From: Betaproteobacteria bacterium
GTDB taxonomy: Bacteria; Pseudomonadota; Gammaproteobacteria; Burkholderiales; SG8-41
Direction of reading: 5' to 3'
DNA: 64,000 nucleotides
Assembly: GCA_021730905.1 (NCBI GenBank)
Contig: JAKFYK010000018.1
Span: forward strand, 48,481 to 112,480
In this document: in pieces, positions 17,462-26,999 of the stretch
Numbering within the stretch: position 1 is the stretch's first letter
How the letters are laid out: every line of letters starts with the position of its first letter
Position numbers and translations under genes: made by a program
Notes under the pieces: generated by a model
Told to the model about the DNA's origin: nothing
Database searches by the model: none
What the model saw: only the letters and a program-made list of their open reading frames with translations

Positions 17462-18451
17462 TTACTTCTTGTCGTCGACCTTGCCGACCACCTTCACCAC
17501 GGCGGCAAGACGCTTCGCATCGGCATCCCAGTATTTCGCGAACTCTGGCGCATCCATGTACTGAATCGGCGAATTGACGCGCGACATTGCCATTTTGAAA
17601 TCAGCATCCTCCACCGCTTTGCGCACCGTATCGCGCAGCACTTTCAGCACCGTTTCCGGCGTCGCGCGCGGCGCCATCAGGCCCGACCAGATGTAATACT
17701 CGATGTCCACGCCCTGTTCCTTGAACGTCGGCACATCCGGATAATTTTCGTGCCGTTTCGCGCCCCAGCTCACGTGCGGACGCAGTTTGCCCGATTTGAC
17801 GTGCGTGGTTATCGCCGCCGGACCACCTGCGGTCAGTTCCACGTGGCCGCCGAGCAGCGTGGTCAGCGCCGGACCACCGCCGGTGGTCGGCACATGGCGC
17901 ATCTTCAACTTGTAGTGATGCAAAAACATTTCCATCGGCATGTGCAGCGCGCCGTAAATACCCGACGACGAAAATGACATCTGTCCCTGCTTCGTGCGCG
18001 CCAGCGCCACCAGTTCCTTCAGATTTTTTACCGGCAGCGAAGGATGCGACACCAGTATTGTCGGGTCCGCAGAAATCAGCGCGATCGGCGCGAACTGGTC
18101 TATCGAGTACGCCGGCTTGCGATCAAACAATGCATCGGCGGCGGGTATCACCGAAATGCTCGATAGCGCCATCAGCAGCGTATAACCATCGGGCTTGGCG
18201 TTCGCCACAGCGGCATTGCCTACCGCGCCGCCCGCGCCCGGGCGATTCACCAGCGCCATCGGTTGCTTGAGGATTTTTTCCATCGCCATCGCGGTGGGGC
18301 GGCCGGTGATTTCGGCGACGCCCCCGGGCGGAAATGGAATGATCAACGTGACCGCGCGCGCGGGGAACGCTTCTTGAGCATGTGCGCTGCACGCCATCGC
18401 CAGCAGCGCCGTGGCGATCAGTGATTTCAGCAGGTGAATTTTCATAATCAT
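17462..18451 (-). CDS. tctC: Bug/TctC-family periplasmic substrate-binding protein
   Basis: 329 aa with a signal peptide. Bug-family pattern IIPFPPGG, NRPGAGG, KPDGYTLL. Confidence 0.85.
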   Translation of the reverse strand: MIMKIHLLKSLIATALLAMACSAHAQEAFPARAVTLIIPFPPGGVAEITGRPTAMAMEKILKQPMALVNRPGAGGAVGNAAVANAKPDGYTLLMALSSISVIPAADALFDRKPAYSIDQFAPIALISADPTILVSHPSLPVKNLKELVALARTKQGQMSFSSSGIYGALHMPMEMFLHHYKLKMRHVPTTGGGPALTTLLGGHVELTAGGPAAITTHVKSGKLRPHVSWGAKRHENYPDVPTFKEQGVDIEYYIWSGLMAPRATPETVLKVLRDTVRKAVEDADFKMAMSRVNSPIQYMDAPEFAKYWDADAKRLAAVVKVVGKVDDKK

Positions 18452-18475
18452 ATGTTTTCAAATAATAATTATAAG

Positions 18476-19450
18476 TTATTGATCCGCGCGCGCGCCCGAC
18501 ATTTTGACCACCTTCGCCCATTTCGCGATATCGGCATTCAGATACTTGTCGAACTCGGCCAGCGACATCGCCATCGGCTCCGCGCCCTGTTCATTCCAGG
18601 TTTTTTTCACGTCGGCACGCGCGGTGATTTTGCTGATTTCGGCGTTGAGCCGTTCAAGCACCGGCCTGGGGGTTTGTGCCGGCGCCATCACGCCCAGCCA
18701 GATGGTCGCTTCATAACCGGGCACACCCGCTTCCGCTACCGTCGGCAAATCCGGCGTCACCGTGGAACGCTTCTGGCCGGTGGTGGCCAGTGCCCGCACC
18801 CTGCCCGCTTTCGCCATCTGCGCCATCGTGGTGATCGCATCCAGCATCAGTTCGACCTGCCCGCTCATCACGCTGGTGCGTGCTTCGCCGCTGCCTTTGT
18901 GCGGGATGTGCACGATGTCCACGCCGCCCATCGCCTTGAACAACTCACCAGCCATATGGTACGGCGTGCCAGCTCCCGACGATGCGTAGTTCAGGCCGCG
19001 CGGCTTGGCTTTCGCCAATGCCAGCAATTCCTTCACCGATTTCACCGGCAGCGACGGATGCACCACCAGCAGCAGGTCAGAATAATTGATCGGCGCCACC
19101 GGTGCGAAATCCTTCATCAGCGCAAACGGCTTCTTGGGAATCAGCGACTCATTCACCGTGTGCGTGTTCGACATCAGCAGCAGGGTGTAGCCATCCGCGG
19201 GTGACTTCGCCACCACGTCGGTGCCGATGATCGAACCCGCGCCGGGGCGATTTTCAATCACGAAAGACTGCCCCATCGGTTCCTGCAGCCGCTGTCCCAA
19301 AACACGGGCATAAATGTCCGCCGGACCGCCGGCGGCAAACGGCACGACAATGCGCACGGGTTTCGCCGGATAACCCTGTGCAATCGCGCCACCGCTGAAA
19401 ACACCGCAAGCCGCACACAGTACAGCAGCGCCATATCGATAACTGGTCAT
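18476..19450 (-). CDS. Second Bug/TctC-family substrate-binding protein
   Basis: Start at 19450 (MTSYRYGAAVLCAACG) is preceded by GGAGGA. Motifs VVPFAAGGPAD, NRPGAGS, PADGYTLL. Confidence 0.85.
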   Translation of the reverse strand: MTSYRYGAAVLCAACGVFSGGAIAQGYPAKPVRIVVPFAAGGPADIYARVLGQRLQEPMGQSFVIENRPGAGSIIGTDVVAKSPADGYTLLLMSNTHTVNESLIPKKPFALMKDFAPVAPINYSDLLLVVHPSLPVKSVKELLALAKAKPRGLNYASSGAGTPYHMAGELFKAMGGVDIVHIPHKGSGEARTSVMSGQVELMLDAITTMAQMAKAGRVRALATTGQKRSTVTPDLPTVAEAGVPGYEATIWLGVMAPAQTPRPVLERLNAEISKITARADVKKTWNEQGAEPMAMSLAEFDKYLNADIAKWAKVVKMSGARADQ

Positions 19451-19539
19451 ACCCTCTCCTCCAAACTGTTTTTTATCGCCCGCCACCGCAGGCACGTTCA
19501 CTATGTGACGCGAAAGTATGTTATCCCTCTGTCGCCGCG

Positions 19540-20913
19540 TCAACCGCGCAGTGCCGCCAAATCCATTCTCGACTCAAAAAAGCCCGGGACCGCTTTCAGA
19601 AATGCGTTCATCTGGGCATCGCTCCAGCCGCCAAATGCGCCGTTCAGCCGGAACTTGTGCTCAATTTCCGCGCGCGTCAGCGGCTCCTGCGCGCCGCCGC
19701 GTATATGGCCCTGGCGCTCTTCCACCACACTGCCGTCTTTGAGCGTCATGCGCACGTGCCCGGTGTAGGTTTTAGGATACGGATTGTTGGGGTCGACTAC
19801 GTATTGAACCTTGGAAGACAAAGCAAGTATGCGCTCGTCGCGCACGGTTTTTTCGGTAAACGCCGCCAGCCCCGCGCCGCCGGTGATAAAAGCCACCGCG
19901 ATATTAAACGGCGCACTGAATTTCGCCGCGTAGTCGTTGGCTGGCCGATGCTTCGACGGCAGCGGATCCCACAGCCGATGGACATAGCCCTCGGCGGTCT
20001 CACACAAAATACTCACCACATCCTCGGCCTTGATGCCGCGCTTGGAAAGACGCAGCGCACAATCCACATACGGCTGATTCATGGTGCCGGTGGCGTACGG
20101 CTTGAAGGTAATCACATCGACGTACCACTTCTTGCCAAAATCTTCGGTCAATACCTTGTAGTCTCCTCCCGCGTTGCGTGCGAATGCATAGTAAAAACCA
20201 TGTGTGCCTTCAAACACGGTGCGCGGCCCCAGAAAGCCCTGCTGCCCGAAGCGCGCCGCCTGTATGCCGATCTTCGCCGCCCAGCCTGCGTGCAGCCGTT
20301 TGGTCCACGCGCCTTCCGCAAGATATTCAATGATCCCCCCCGCCATGCTGCCGGCAATGCCCAGCGCGTCCACGGTCTGCTTGCGATTCAAGCCCATCGT
20401 CACACTCACGGCCAGCGTGGCCGCCATTGCACCCAGCACACCCGTGGGGTGAAATCCTGACTTGTGTATCGCCTTGGGAATCACCATCGACAGCCGGCAC
20501 AGCGTTTCGATGCCCACAACCATGCCCTTGAACGCGGCCTTGCCATCGCAGCCGAAACGTTCGCACGCGGCGAGCACCGCTGGCATGATGACCGCGCTGG
20601 AATGAACCGGCCCGCCTTCAAACGTGTCATCGAAATCCTCGCCGTGTGCCGCGCAGCCGTTGATCATCGCCGCGGTCTCGGGGGCGTAGGTGGTCTTGTG
20701 TCCGATAGCTGTTGCCGGTCCGCCGCTATCGACGCCAGCTAGTATCGCCTTGACGTAATCGGTGTTGCGCGCGGCCACGCACAGCCCCACCACGTCGATC
20801 AGCAATTCTTCCGTGCGCGCACGCACCGCTGCAGGGATGGCGGTGACATCCAGTGCCAGCGCCTGATCGGTGATGCGTTCAGCGACGGAAAGCGATTTTG
20901 AAGCGGTATTCAT
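19540..20913 (-). CDS. MmgE/PrpD-family dehydratase-like protein
   Basis: 457 aa. Length and N-terminal pattern are typical of the 2-methylcitrate dehydratase family. Confidence 0.7.
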   Translation of the reverse strand: MNTASKSLSVAERITDQALALDVTAIPAAVRARTEELLIDVVGLCVAARNTDYVKAILAGVDSGGPATAIGHKTTYAPETAAMINGCAAHGEDFDDTFEGGPVHSSAVIMPAVLAACERFGCDGKAAFKGMVVGIETLCRLSMVIPKAIHKSGFHPTGVLGAMAATLAVSVTMGLNRKQTVDALGIAGSMAGGIIEYLAEGAWTKRLHAGWAAKIGIQAARFGQQGFLGPRTVFEGTHGFYYAFARNAGGDYKVLTEDFGKKWYVDVITFKPYATGTMNQPYVDCALRLSKRGIKAEDVVSILCETAEGYVHRLWDPLPSKHRPANDYAAKFSAPFNIAVAFITGGAGLAAFTEKTVRDERILALSSKVQYVVDPNNPYPKTYTGHVRMTLKDGSVVEERQGHIRGGAQEPLTRAEIEHKFRLNGAFGGWSDAQMNAFLKAVPGFFESRMDLAALRG

Positions 20914-20928
20914 GATTCAGTATTCCAT

Positions 20929-20955
20929 AAAAAACAGGGATGCCATGAGCATCCC
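20929..20955 (-). terminator. Rho-independent terminator after the VOC gene
   Basis: Minus strand reads GGGATGC-tcatg-GCATCCC, then TGTTTTTT. Confidence 0.6.
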
Positions 20956-20971
20956 GGCGATTGCGGTCGAA

Positions 20972-21373
20972 TCACGCAGCCGGACGCTGCGTCTTCTTGT
21001 AACGGCCTATCGGCACCAGTTCTGCGGTAGTGCCGCCGGGCGCCCTGAATTTCACCGGAATCACACCCGGATCGCTGATAATCTCGCAGCCTTGGGTTTT
21101 GATCTGCTGGGTGTATTTTTCGATGTCGTCGACTTCAATCGCAAAATGATGGATGCACGGACCTTCGCCGGAAGCCTTCGATTCCGCCGACTGCGTGCCG
21201 TCGTCGTATTTGATCAGCGTGAAATCCATCGCACCGTCGGTGAGGTGCCGCGACAGGTGATCGCGCGTCTTGCGTGTCTCGACTTCCCAAAAACCAAATA
21301 CTTTTTGATAGAACGCGGTGGTTTCTTCAAGATTTTCAACTTTTAACGCCAGATGCACGATGCGACTGTCCAT
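20972..21373 (-). CDS. VOC (glyoxalase/bleomycin-resistance/dioxygenase) family protein
   Basis: 133 aa. VHLALKVENLEETTAFYQKVFGF and HHFAIEVDD are typical VOC motifs. Confidence 0.7.
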   Translation of the reverse strand: MDSRIVHLALKVENLEETTAFYQKVFGFWEVETRKTRDHLSRHLTDGAMDFTLIKYDDGTQSAESKASGEGPCIHHFAIEVDDIEKYTQQIKTQGCEIISDPGVIPVKFRAPGGTTAELVPIGRYKKTQRPAA

Positions 21374-21396
21374 TTTGATCTCCTTAAAATTCCGCT

Positions 21397-22092
21397 TTAA
21401 AACTCATAGCCTGCCGCTAACAGCATCGGCCTGGCAGCAGGCGAGGTCAAACGTGAAACAAAATCTTTGGCTGCTGCAGCTTGCCTGCTGTTCGCCACAC
21501 AACCTGCCGAATAAGTCGCCTTGGCCTGAAACTCATCCGGCAACGGCCCCACGTACCTTACACCCTTGATCGGCAATATTTCGGTATTTTGCGTAATGCC
21601 GATTGCTGTCGCGTCACCTTCAGTGACAAGCCAGTTCATTGCCGCGTTGCCGTTGGGAAAAAATTTCAGCCGTCCTTTGACTTCAGCAGTGATACCAAGT
21701 TTTTCCAGGCAAGCCATCACGATTTTACCTGCCGTCGCCACCGCCGGATCGGGGAAAATGATCGCGCTGGCCGCGCACAACGCTGCACACAGGGCATCCG
21801 CGTTTGCAACATCAGGCTTCGCCACGCCCGCGCGCACCGCGACGCCAGTGCCCACCTTGCCTAAATCGGCGCGCCCCGCCGCTACAAAGCCCGACGCTAT
21901 CAGTTCGTCGATCATGGTGTTGGTCAGCACGATCACATCTACCGGAGCGCCCCCCTGCGCTTTCGCTTTCATCGCGCCTACAGCGCCAAAATCAGCCGCC
22001 ACGTCATTACCGGTGTCACGTTTGAAATCCGCGATGACGTTTTGCACCACCGCCTGCGCTGCACCTGCGCTCAGAATATTCAAAGTTGCCAT
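21397..22092 (-). CDS. ModA-like type II solute-binding-fold protein without a signal peptide
   Basis: 231 aa. Starts MATLNILSAGAAQAV, as in the mature part of molybdate-binding-like proteins. No N-terminal hydrophobic leader. Confidence 0.5.
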   Translation of the reverse strand: MATLNILSAGAAQAVVQNVIADFKRDTGNDVAADFGAVGAMKAKAQGGAPVDVIVLTNTMIDELIASGFVAAGRADLGKVGTGVAVRAGVAKPDVANADALCAALCAASAIIFPDPAVATAGKIVMACLEKLGITAEVKGRLKFFPNGNAAMNWLVTEGDATAIGITQNTEILPIKGVRYVGPLPDEFQAKATYSAGCVANSRQAAAAKDFVSRLTSPAARPMLLAAGYEF

Positions 22093-23172
22093 TTACAGTT
22101 TGTCTACTTCCGCCGCTATCGCGTCGCCCATGTCGCGCGTAGATGCCTTGCCGCCCAGATCGGCCGTCAGCACTTTGCCGACCTTGACCACGTTTTCAGT
22201 CGCACGCTCCATCCAATCCGCCGCCTGCAATGCGGCGGGCACTTGGTGCTTGTGCGAGAGCCATGCCAGCAACATCTGCCCCGACATAATCATCGCGTAC
22301 GGATTGGCGATACCTTTGCCTGCGATGTCCGGCGCGGAACCATGGGTGGCCTGCGCCATCGCGCGTTGAGGTCCTGCGGACAGCCCGGGCGCAAGCCCCA
22401 GCCCGCCAACCAAGGCCGAAGCCGCATCGGACAGAATGTCACCAAAGGTATTGGTGGTGACGATCACGTCGAACTGCTGCGGTTTCATTATCAGCTTGGC
22501 AGCCATGGTATCCACCAGCACTTCATTGAACGCCACATCCGGATACTCTTTCGCCACTTTGCGGCATTCCTCGGCGAACATGCCGCAGGCGAGTTTGAAT
22601 ACAGTGTCCTTGTGCACCGCTGTGACGATCTTGCGCAGGCGCGTGCGCGCGATGTCAAACGCTGCGCGCGCCACCTTTTGCGAGCCGGAACGCGTAATCA
22701 CGCGTATGCCGATGGTCATATCGGGCGTGGGACGGAATTCCCCATAGCCCAGATGCACATTGCGGTCCGGTGGAAAACCTTCGTTGTTTTCACGCACGAT
22801 AATCAGATCGACATCCTTGTAAATGCACGGAACGCCGGGATACGATTTCGACGGCCGGATATTCGCGAACAGATCGTAGTGCCGGCGCAGAATCGGATGC
22901 GGATTGATTGAATTCGGATTATTTTTCGGATACGCCTGATGACCGATGGGGCCGAGCACCCAGCCGTCCAGCGTATCGAGCTTGTCGAGCGTGCCCGGCG
23001 GCATGGTGTTGCCGAGTTCGTCAAACGCCTTCTTGCCGATGGGCACAGGATGCCAGTCGATGGCAAGTCTGGCTTTCGCCGCTGCCGCGCGCATGACCTT
23101 GATCGCCTCCGGCACGACCTCCAGCCCGATATCATCGCCTTCGAGTATGCCGATTTTCAGCGCACGATCCAT
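22093..23172 (-). CDS. Isocitrate/isopropylmalate (tartrate/D-malate) dehydrogenase family oxidoreductase
   Basis: Start taken at MDRALKIGILEGDDIG. The ORF is open up to 23403. Motifs IVRENNEG, NTFGDILSD, GSAPDIAGKGIANP. Confidence 0.8.
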   Translation of the reverse strand: MDRALKIGILEGDDIGLEVVPEAIKVMRAAAAKARLAIDWHPVPIGKKAFDELGNTMPPGTLDKLDTLDGWVLGPIGHQAYPKNNPNSINPHPILRRHYDLFANIRPSKSYPGVPCIYKDVDLIIVRENNEGFPPDRNVHLGYGEFRPTPDMTIGIRVITRSGSQKVARAAFDIARTRLRKIVTAVHKDTVFKLACGMFAEECRKVAKEYPDVAFNEVLVDTMAAKLIMKPQQFDVIVTTNTFGDILSDAASALVGGLGLAPGLSAGPQRAMAQATHGSAPDIAGKGIANPYAMIMSGQMLLAWLSHKHQVPAALQAADWMERATENVVKVGKVLTADLGGKASTRDMGDAIAAEVDKL

Positions 23173-23241
23173 CTGGCCCCTCAAAAATAGTGACAGTTTA
23201 ACACGCAGCCGCATCGCAAACGATGCACCAGGCGATAAGAT

Positions 23242-23565
23242 ATGCTCATGAAACCATTGCATACCGCACGCCATGCCACCGAAGCGCATTTGGTCCGCGG
23301 TTACCTCGAGGCGCAGGGCATCTCCGCCATTGTTCGTGGCGAGTATCTCGCAGGCGGCATTGGGGAACTGCCCGCCGGTTTGTGCAAGGTGTGGATCGTC
23401 CATGACGACGAATTCGCGCGCGCCGATGATTTGCTACAGCAGTTTTTGCAAGGCAAGAATGCACGCGACTACGCGCACGAACGCTGGCACTGCGCAACGT
23501 GTGGCGAAGCACTTGAAGGCCAGTTCACCACTTGCTGGAACTGCGGCAGCACGCGGCCTGAGTAA
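23242..23565 (+). CDS. DUF2007-like small protein with a C-terminal CxxC...CxxC zinc ribbon
   Basis: 107 aa. Pattern EAHLVRGYLEAQGI...IVHDDEFARADDLL, then CATCGE...CWNCG. Confidence 0.5.
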   Translation: MLMKPLHTARHATEAHLVRGYLEAQGISAIVRGEYLAGGIGELPAGLCKVWIVHDDEFARADDLLQQFLQGKNARDYAHERWHCATCGEALEGQFTTCWNCGSTRPE

Positions 23566-23647
23566 CACATGTCAGCGAGAATGCACCGCGCAGTCACGCG
23601 AACCTTCGACAATTATTTGCACAGTGCGTCTATTAAGAATATTGTTT

Positions 23648-23662
23648 AAAAACATATAGTTA
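23648..23662 (+). repeat. Dispersed 15-mer, 13/15 variant (AAAAACATATAGTTA)
   Basis: Read directly. Lies in the intergenic region upstream of the GGDEF gene. Confidence 0.7.
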
Positions 23663-23730
23663 CAATATCCATCGGTTTTTCTGTCACCGCATCAAGCATA
23701 ATCGTCATTCAGCCATCAGCAGATAATTTC

Positions 23731-24807
23731 ATGCCCGGCTTTTCCATCATCCCCAAGCACGACCCGCAGCAGGCGCACCGCATCCGACGCTATTTCCTTG
23801 CCGTGGCAACATCGCTGCTGGTGCTTTACTTCATGACCGTGGTGCATATCCACGGCTACCTGGAACTGCGCGGCCTGCAGTGGTGCGCGGCAGGAATGAC
23901 GTTGTGCTTTGTGGTGTTTTACGCGCTGTTTCGATCCGGGCTCAATCTAAAGTGCCGCGACCCCAGCCTGACCGGTGCGCAGATGGTGTGCGCGTTTGTC
24001 ATCACCAACATCGCGGCGTACTACACGGAGAGCGACGCACGGGCGGTCTTTCTGCCGGTGCTGCTGATGACTTTTTATTTCGGTATCTTCCGGCTCGACA
24101 CGTCGCAGATGACGACCATTGCACTCGTTTCAATCGCTTGCTACGGCGTCATGCTGGGCGCGCTCTACCGGTTTCGGCCTAGCGCATTTGACCTGCAACT
24201 CGAAACCCTGCGCTGGTGGATACTCGCCGTGGTGCTGCTGTGGTTTGCGCTGATCAGCGGCCATATCAGCCAGTTGCGCAAGGAATTGGCCGATAGCAAG
24301 TCGGCGCTGGAAGCCCTGCTGGAACGCGACGAACTCACGGGCGTGGGCAACCGCCGCTATCTCACGCACATGATGGCACAGGAAAAAAGCCGTTGCGACC
24401 GCAGCGGCACCACCTTCTGTGTTGCCATGCTCGACCTGGATTTCTTCAAAAAAGTGAACGACACCTACGGCCACCCGGCGGGCGACAAAGTATTAAAGGT
24501 CTTCGCACTCGTTGCACAGGATGGCTTGCGCAGGATCGATTATTTCGGGCGTTTCGGTGGCGAGGAATTCATGCTGATCATGTCCGAGACCAAAATGCAC
24601 GGCGCGCGAACCAAAGCAGAGCGATTGCGCTACAACATGGAACATACGCGCCATGCCGAGATAGACCCCGGTCTGGTGCAAACCGTCTCCATAGGCCTTG
24701 CCGAATACCGGCGCGGCGAAACCATCGAGGATGTACAAAAACGGGCGGACAAGGCTTTGTACAAAGCAAAGTCGAACGGGCGCAATCGAGTGGAGATGGA
24801 AGTTTAG
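23731..24807 (+). CDS. Membrane-bound diguanylate cyclase (GGDEF)
   Basis: 358 aa. N-terminal multi-TM region. RFGGEEFMLIM active-site motif. Confidence 0.9.
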   Translation: MPGFSIIPKHDPQQAHRIRRYFLAVATSLLVLYFMTVVHIHGYLELRGLQWCAAGMTLCFVVFYALFRSGLNLKCRDPSLTGAQMVCAFVITNIAAYYTESDARAVFLPVLLMTFYFGIFRLDTSQMTTIALVSIACYGVMLGALYRFRPSAFDLQLETLRWWILAVVLLWFALISGHISQLRKELADSKSALEALLERDELTGVGNRRYLTHMMAQEKSRCDRSGTTFCVAMLDLDFFKKVNDTYGHPAGDKVLKVFALVAQDGLRRIDYFGRFGGEEFMLIMSETKMHGARTKAERLRYNMEHTRHAEIDPGLVQTVSIGLAEYRRGETIEDVQKRADKALYKAKSNGRNRVEMEV

Positions 24808-24883
24808 TAGAGGCAAGGCTGCCGGGCACGCCAGGCTTTGCGCACCCTTGCACTGGCTGGATTTCGCATGGATATTGCCGCTA

Positions 24884-25885
24884 TCATGCCGTCACAGTGA
24901 CAATCCGCCGCTCCTGAATGGCCTGCAACACCGCGTTCGTCACTGCTACCGTATAAGCGGCATCATCACCATCCGCCAGGTTGCTGCGCTTGCCCTGCAG
25001 TTCACCTTCAAACGCCTGCACCTGCAATTCATACGCCGCGCTGGCGATAAAGCGCTCGTCGGTTGCACCGTTCTTGTCGCGCACGGTGATGACATGCTCT
25101 TTCACCCAGCGCAGCGGCGATGTAACCAGAGTGGCGTCGGAGCCTTCAATCAGCAGGTTGTTCTCGCCCTGCGGCACTTCGCGCGTAGCACGCACCTGCG
25201 CGTGGCCGCCTCCCGATAAACGACCCAGCACGGTAAACGTATCGTCGGCGTGGCCCTCGCGGCGATCGGGGTTGGTAAACGCGCTGACTTCGACAAATTT
25301 TTGCCCGCTGACCCATTGCACCAGATCGAGCAGGTGCACGCCGACGTCGTACATCACGCCGCTTTGCGAGTTGTCGAGCCGCCAAGTTTTGCGCGGCGGC
25401 ATGGCCGAGGTGCGCTCCAGTGTCATTGCGACAATTTGTCCCAGTCGGCCGGACTGCACGATTTCACGCGCACGCGTCACCGCCACGTCCATGCGAATCT
25501 GGTGCGCGACACGCAGAATCACGCCCGCCTTGTTGCAAGCGTCCGCCATCTCGCGTGCGTGGTCGGTGCGCATGGCGAAGGGTTTTTCACACAGCATGTG
25601 CTTTTTCGCCCGCGCCCCTGCGAGCACTGCTTCATGGTGCATGGCGTTGGGCAGTGCAATGTAAACCGCATCGATGTTGGGATCACACATCAGCGCGTTC
25701 AAATTGCCATGCGCGCGCGCGATGTTGAAGCGCTCCGCGAAAGCTTTGGTTTTTTCCGGCGTACTTCCGAGACAAGCAACAATTTCCGAACCGGGGCTTT
25801 TCACCATCGCCGGCGCGACAAAATCCGACGCTGCCCAGCCCAGCCCCACGATGCCCCAGCGTACCGGTTTGACTGCGGCGCTCAT
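24884..25885 (-). CDS. Gfo/Idh/MocA family oxidoreductase
   Basis: Start at MSAAVKPVRWGIVGLG gives an ATGA overlap with the upstream stop. LCEKPFA motif. Confidence 0.85.
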   Translation of the reverse strand: MSAAVKPVRWGIVGLGWAASDFVAPAMVKSPGSEIVACLGSTPEKTKAFAERFNIARAHGNLNALMCDPNIDAVYIALPNAMHHEAVLAGARAKKHMLCEKPFAMRTDHAREMADACNKAGVILRVAHQIRMDVAVTRAREIVQSGRLGQIVAMTLERTSAMPPRKTWRLDNSQSGVMYDVGVHLLDLVQWVSGQKFVEVSAFTNPDRREGHADDTFTVLGRLSGGGHAQVRATREVPQGENNLLIEGSDATLVTSPLRWVKEHVITVRDKNGATDERFIASAAYELQVQAFEGELQGKRSNLADGDDAAYTVAVTNAVLQAIQERRIVTVTA

Positions 25886-26853
25886 GCCGGCACCCCGCCG
25901 CCGCACAGTTTGCGCCGCGCTTCCAGATATTCCTGCTCCAGCCGATCCACCAGTTCGGCAACCGTCGGCACATCGTCAATATTGCCCACACCCTGCCCCG
26001 CGCCCCAGATTTCCTTCCACGTTTTTGGACGGTCTTCGCGGTTGCGGTATTGCCCCGGTGCTTCGTCAACCGGAAGGTGGTCCGGATCAAGTCCCGCATT
26101 GCGGATGCTGCCCGCGAGATAACTGCCATGCACGCCTGAAAACAGCGGCGTGTAAATAATGTCGCCGGAGTTTGATTCGACAATCATTTGCTTATAGTGG
26201 TCCACTGCCAGTGATTCTTTCGTCGCGATGAAGCGTGTGCCCAGATACGCCAGTTCACAGCCCATCGCTTCAGCCGCGAGTATCGCCGAACCATTGGTGA
26301 TCGCGCCCGACAACACCAGCGGCCCTTGGTGGATGCGCCGCAGTTCGTTCACCAGTGCAAAAGGATTCAACGTTCCTGCATGTCCGCCGGCACCACCGCA
26401 CACGGCAATCAAGCCATCGACGCCGGCTTCCAGCGCTTTTTCCGCATGGCGCACTTTGATCACATCGTGAAACACCATGCCGCCGTACGCATGTACGCGC
26501 GGCACCAGCGCCGTCGGTGCGCTCAGCGACGTGATCACGATCGGCACCTTGTGCGCGAGCACGACTTCGGTGTCCTGTTCGAGACGCTTGTTCGCCTTGT
26601 TCACGATGAGGTTAACCGCGAACGGCGCGACCTTCTTTGCCGGATAGTCGCGCGCGTACTGCGCGAGTTCGGTTTCGATACGCGTCAGCCATTTGTCGAG
26701 TTCTTCCTGCGGACGAGCATTAAGCGCCGGGAAAGAACCAATCACGCCGGCCTTGCATTGCTCGATGACCAATTCAGGACCGGAAACGACAAACATCGGC
26801 GCCGCTAACACCGGTAGGCGCAATCGAGCGCGCAAATCTTGAGGAAGAGACAT
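25882..26853 (-). CDS. Nitronate monooxygenase (2-nitropropane dioxygenase-like, FMN)
   Basis: Start at MSLPQDL is preceded by AAGGAG. GGAGGHAG motif. Confidence 0.8.
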   Translation of the reverse strand: MSLPQDLRARLRLPVLAAPMFVVSGPELVIEQCKAGVIGSFPALNARPQEELDKWLTRIETELAQYARDYPAKKVAPFAVNLIVNKANKRLEQDTEVVLAHKVPIVITSLSAPTALVPRVHAYGGMVFHDVIKVRHAEKALEAGVDGLIAVCGGAGGHAGTLNPFALVNELRRIHQGPLVLSGAITNGSAILAAEAMGCELAYLGTRFIATKESLAVDHYKQMIVESNSGDIIYTPLFSGVHGSYLAGSIRNAGLDPDHLPVDEAPGQYRNREDRPKTWKEIWGAGQGVGNIDDVPTVAELVDRLEQEYLEARRKLCGGGVPA

Positions 26854-26999
26854 CAATACTCCTTGATAAATTTGAAACACGCGCGGTAAACACCGCGCGC
26901 CACAGCGATTTTATACCACGCGTCAAACCGCTTTGGCAGGTGGCATCGCTATCGCTGATAAACTGTGCTTCTTTCATCGCTTCCACGCCTTATCGTTCC

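Noticed and set aside
23640-23670. Reading the motif as a sigma-70 promoter (TTGTTT ... TACAAT upstream of the GGDEF gene, and TATAAT within 6643-6648).
   Set aside because: The spacer is about 13 nt at 23644-23668. The orientation is wrong at 6643, where it would drive antisense transcription. The promoter reading does not generalise across copies.
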